Shown here: piece after piece, positions 33,227 to 33,599 of the stretch
Numbering within the stretch: position 1 is the stretch's first letter
How the letters are laid out: the number at the start of each line of letters is the position of its first letter
Source of the DNA: an uncultured Ruminococcus sp.
Lineage (GTDB): Bacteria; Bacillota; Clostridia; Oscillospirales; Ruminococcaceae
Direction of reading: 5' to 3'
NCBI GenBank assembly: GCA_946404705.1
Contig: CAMJES010000001.1
Span: 1-33,599 of the forward strand
DNA: 33,599 bases
Made by a program: the position numbers and the translations under genes
The notes under the pieces: generated by a model
What the model was told of the DNA's origin: nothing
The model's database searches: none
The model's input: the letters and a program-made list of their open reading frames with translations, nothing else

Positions 33227-33550
33227 TTACTGAGATATTTTTGCCATAAGTGCGTCCTGCAATGTCTGAGAGAAGTTAATACCCTTTTGCGTAGCAGCTT
33301 CGTTCAGCCATTCGGGAATAGTTAAAGTTTTCTTCACCGCTTTCTCTTTTTTGAAATAAGCCGAAAGATCAATATCTACAAGCGAAGCGAAAGAATCATT
33401 TTCAATAGCGATTTTTGAAATATCGGTTGCCGGAGGAATTTTTTCCTTGTTTTCTATAAGAGATATTGCGTATGCTTCAAGAGCTTCACGAGCATTTTCA
33501 AGCGTATCGGAAATTGAACTTCCAAAAGACTGACAACCGGGAAGGTCGGG
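33227..33550 (-). CDS. hicB: Type II toxin-antitoxin system HicB-family antitoxin. The 5' end is truncated by the contig end.
   Basis: PDLPGCQSFGSSISDTLENAREALEAYAISLIENKEKIP is the characteristic HicB/UPF0150 N-domain motif. The first ~25 aa expected upstream are missing. The ORF-track N-terminus MCSSDL is translated from adapter sequence. Confidence 0.75.
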   Translation of the reverse strand, partial: PDLPGCQSFGSSISDTLENAREALEAYAISLIENKEKIPPATDISKIAIENDSFASLVDIDLSAYFKKEKAVKKTLTIPEWLNEAATQKGINFSQTLQDALMAKISQ

Positions 33551-33551
33551 G

Positions 33552-33599
33552 AGATCGGAAGAGCACACGTCTGAACTCCAGTCACCGGCTATGATATCT
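33552..33599 (+). other. Illumina TruSeq read-1 adapter read-through (non-biological sequence)
   Basis: Exact AGATCGGAAGAGCACACGTCTGAACTCCAGTCAC at 33552-33585. It is followed by an index-like CGGCTATG and then AT ATCT, the beginning of ATCTCGTATGCC. Confidence 0.95.

Overview
This is a 33.6-kb contig fragment from a spore-forming, Rnf-containing Firmicute, probably Clostridia-like. It carries dpaAB, a CotH gene, rnfCDGEAB and a T-box-controlled pheST. Most of it is ordinary chromosomal housekeeping DNA arranged in tight operons.

Gene order:
- (-) VTC-domain / DUF4956 / CotH operon. The CotH gene runs off the window start and is missing from the ORF track.
- (+) A five-gene transporter operon: two MalFG-type permeases, a very long coiled-coil HlyD-type adaptor, a MacB-periplasmic-domain-only membrane protein, and an 844-aa SBP lipoprotein. 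It has no ATPase gene.
- (+) dpaA-dpaB.
- (-) T-box leader, pheS, a small inserted ORF, pheT.
- (+) membrane protein, AcpS-like protein, nnr, lipoprotein.
- (-) M23/LysM/G5 peptidase.
- (-) histidine phosphatase, membrane protein, RluA-family pseudouridine synthase.
- (+) XRE regulator.
- (+) apbE, NusG-II-domain protein, Gx transporter, rnfCDGEAB.
- (-) A truncated hicB.

No rRNA, tRNA, CRISPR array or transposase gene was seen.

Observations most worth a second look:
1. The hybrid importer/adaptor transporter operon.
2. A 645-bp spacer splitting pheS from pheT. It holds a 150-aa membrane-protein ORF bracketed by 37-bp inverted repeats.
3. A 183-bp fully palindromic intergenic element with 7-mer tandem arms, and a second degenerate copy downstream of rnfB.
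4. The VTC/DUF4956/CotH trio.
5. Illumina adapter sequence at the 3' end of the window, which creates a false N-terminus for hicB.

All family calls rest on motif recognition by eye. No database search was run.
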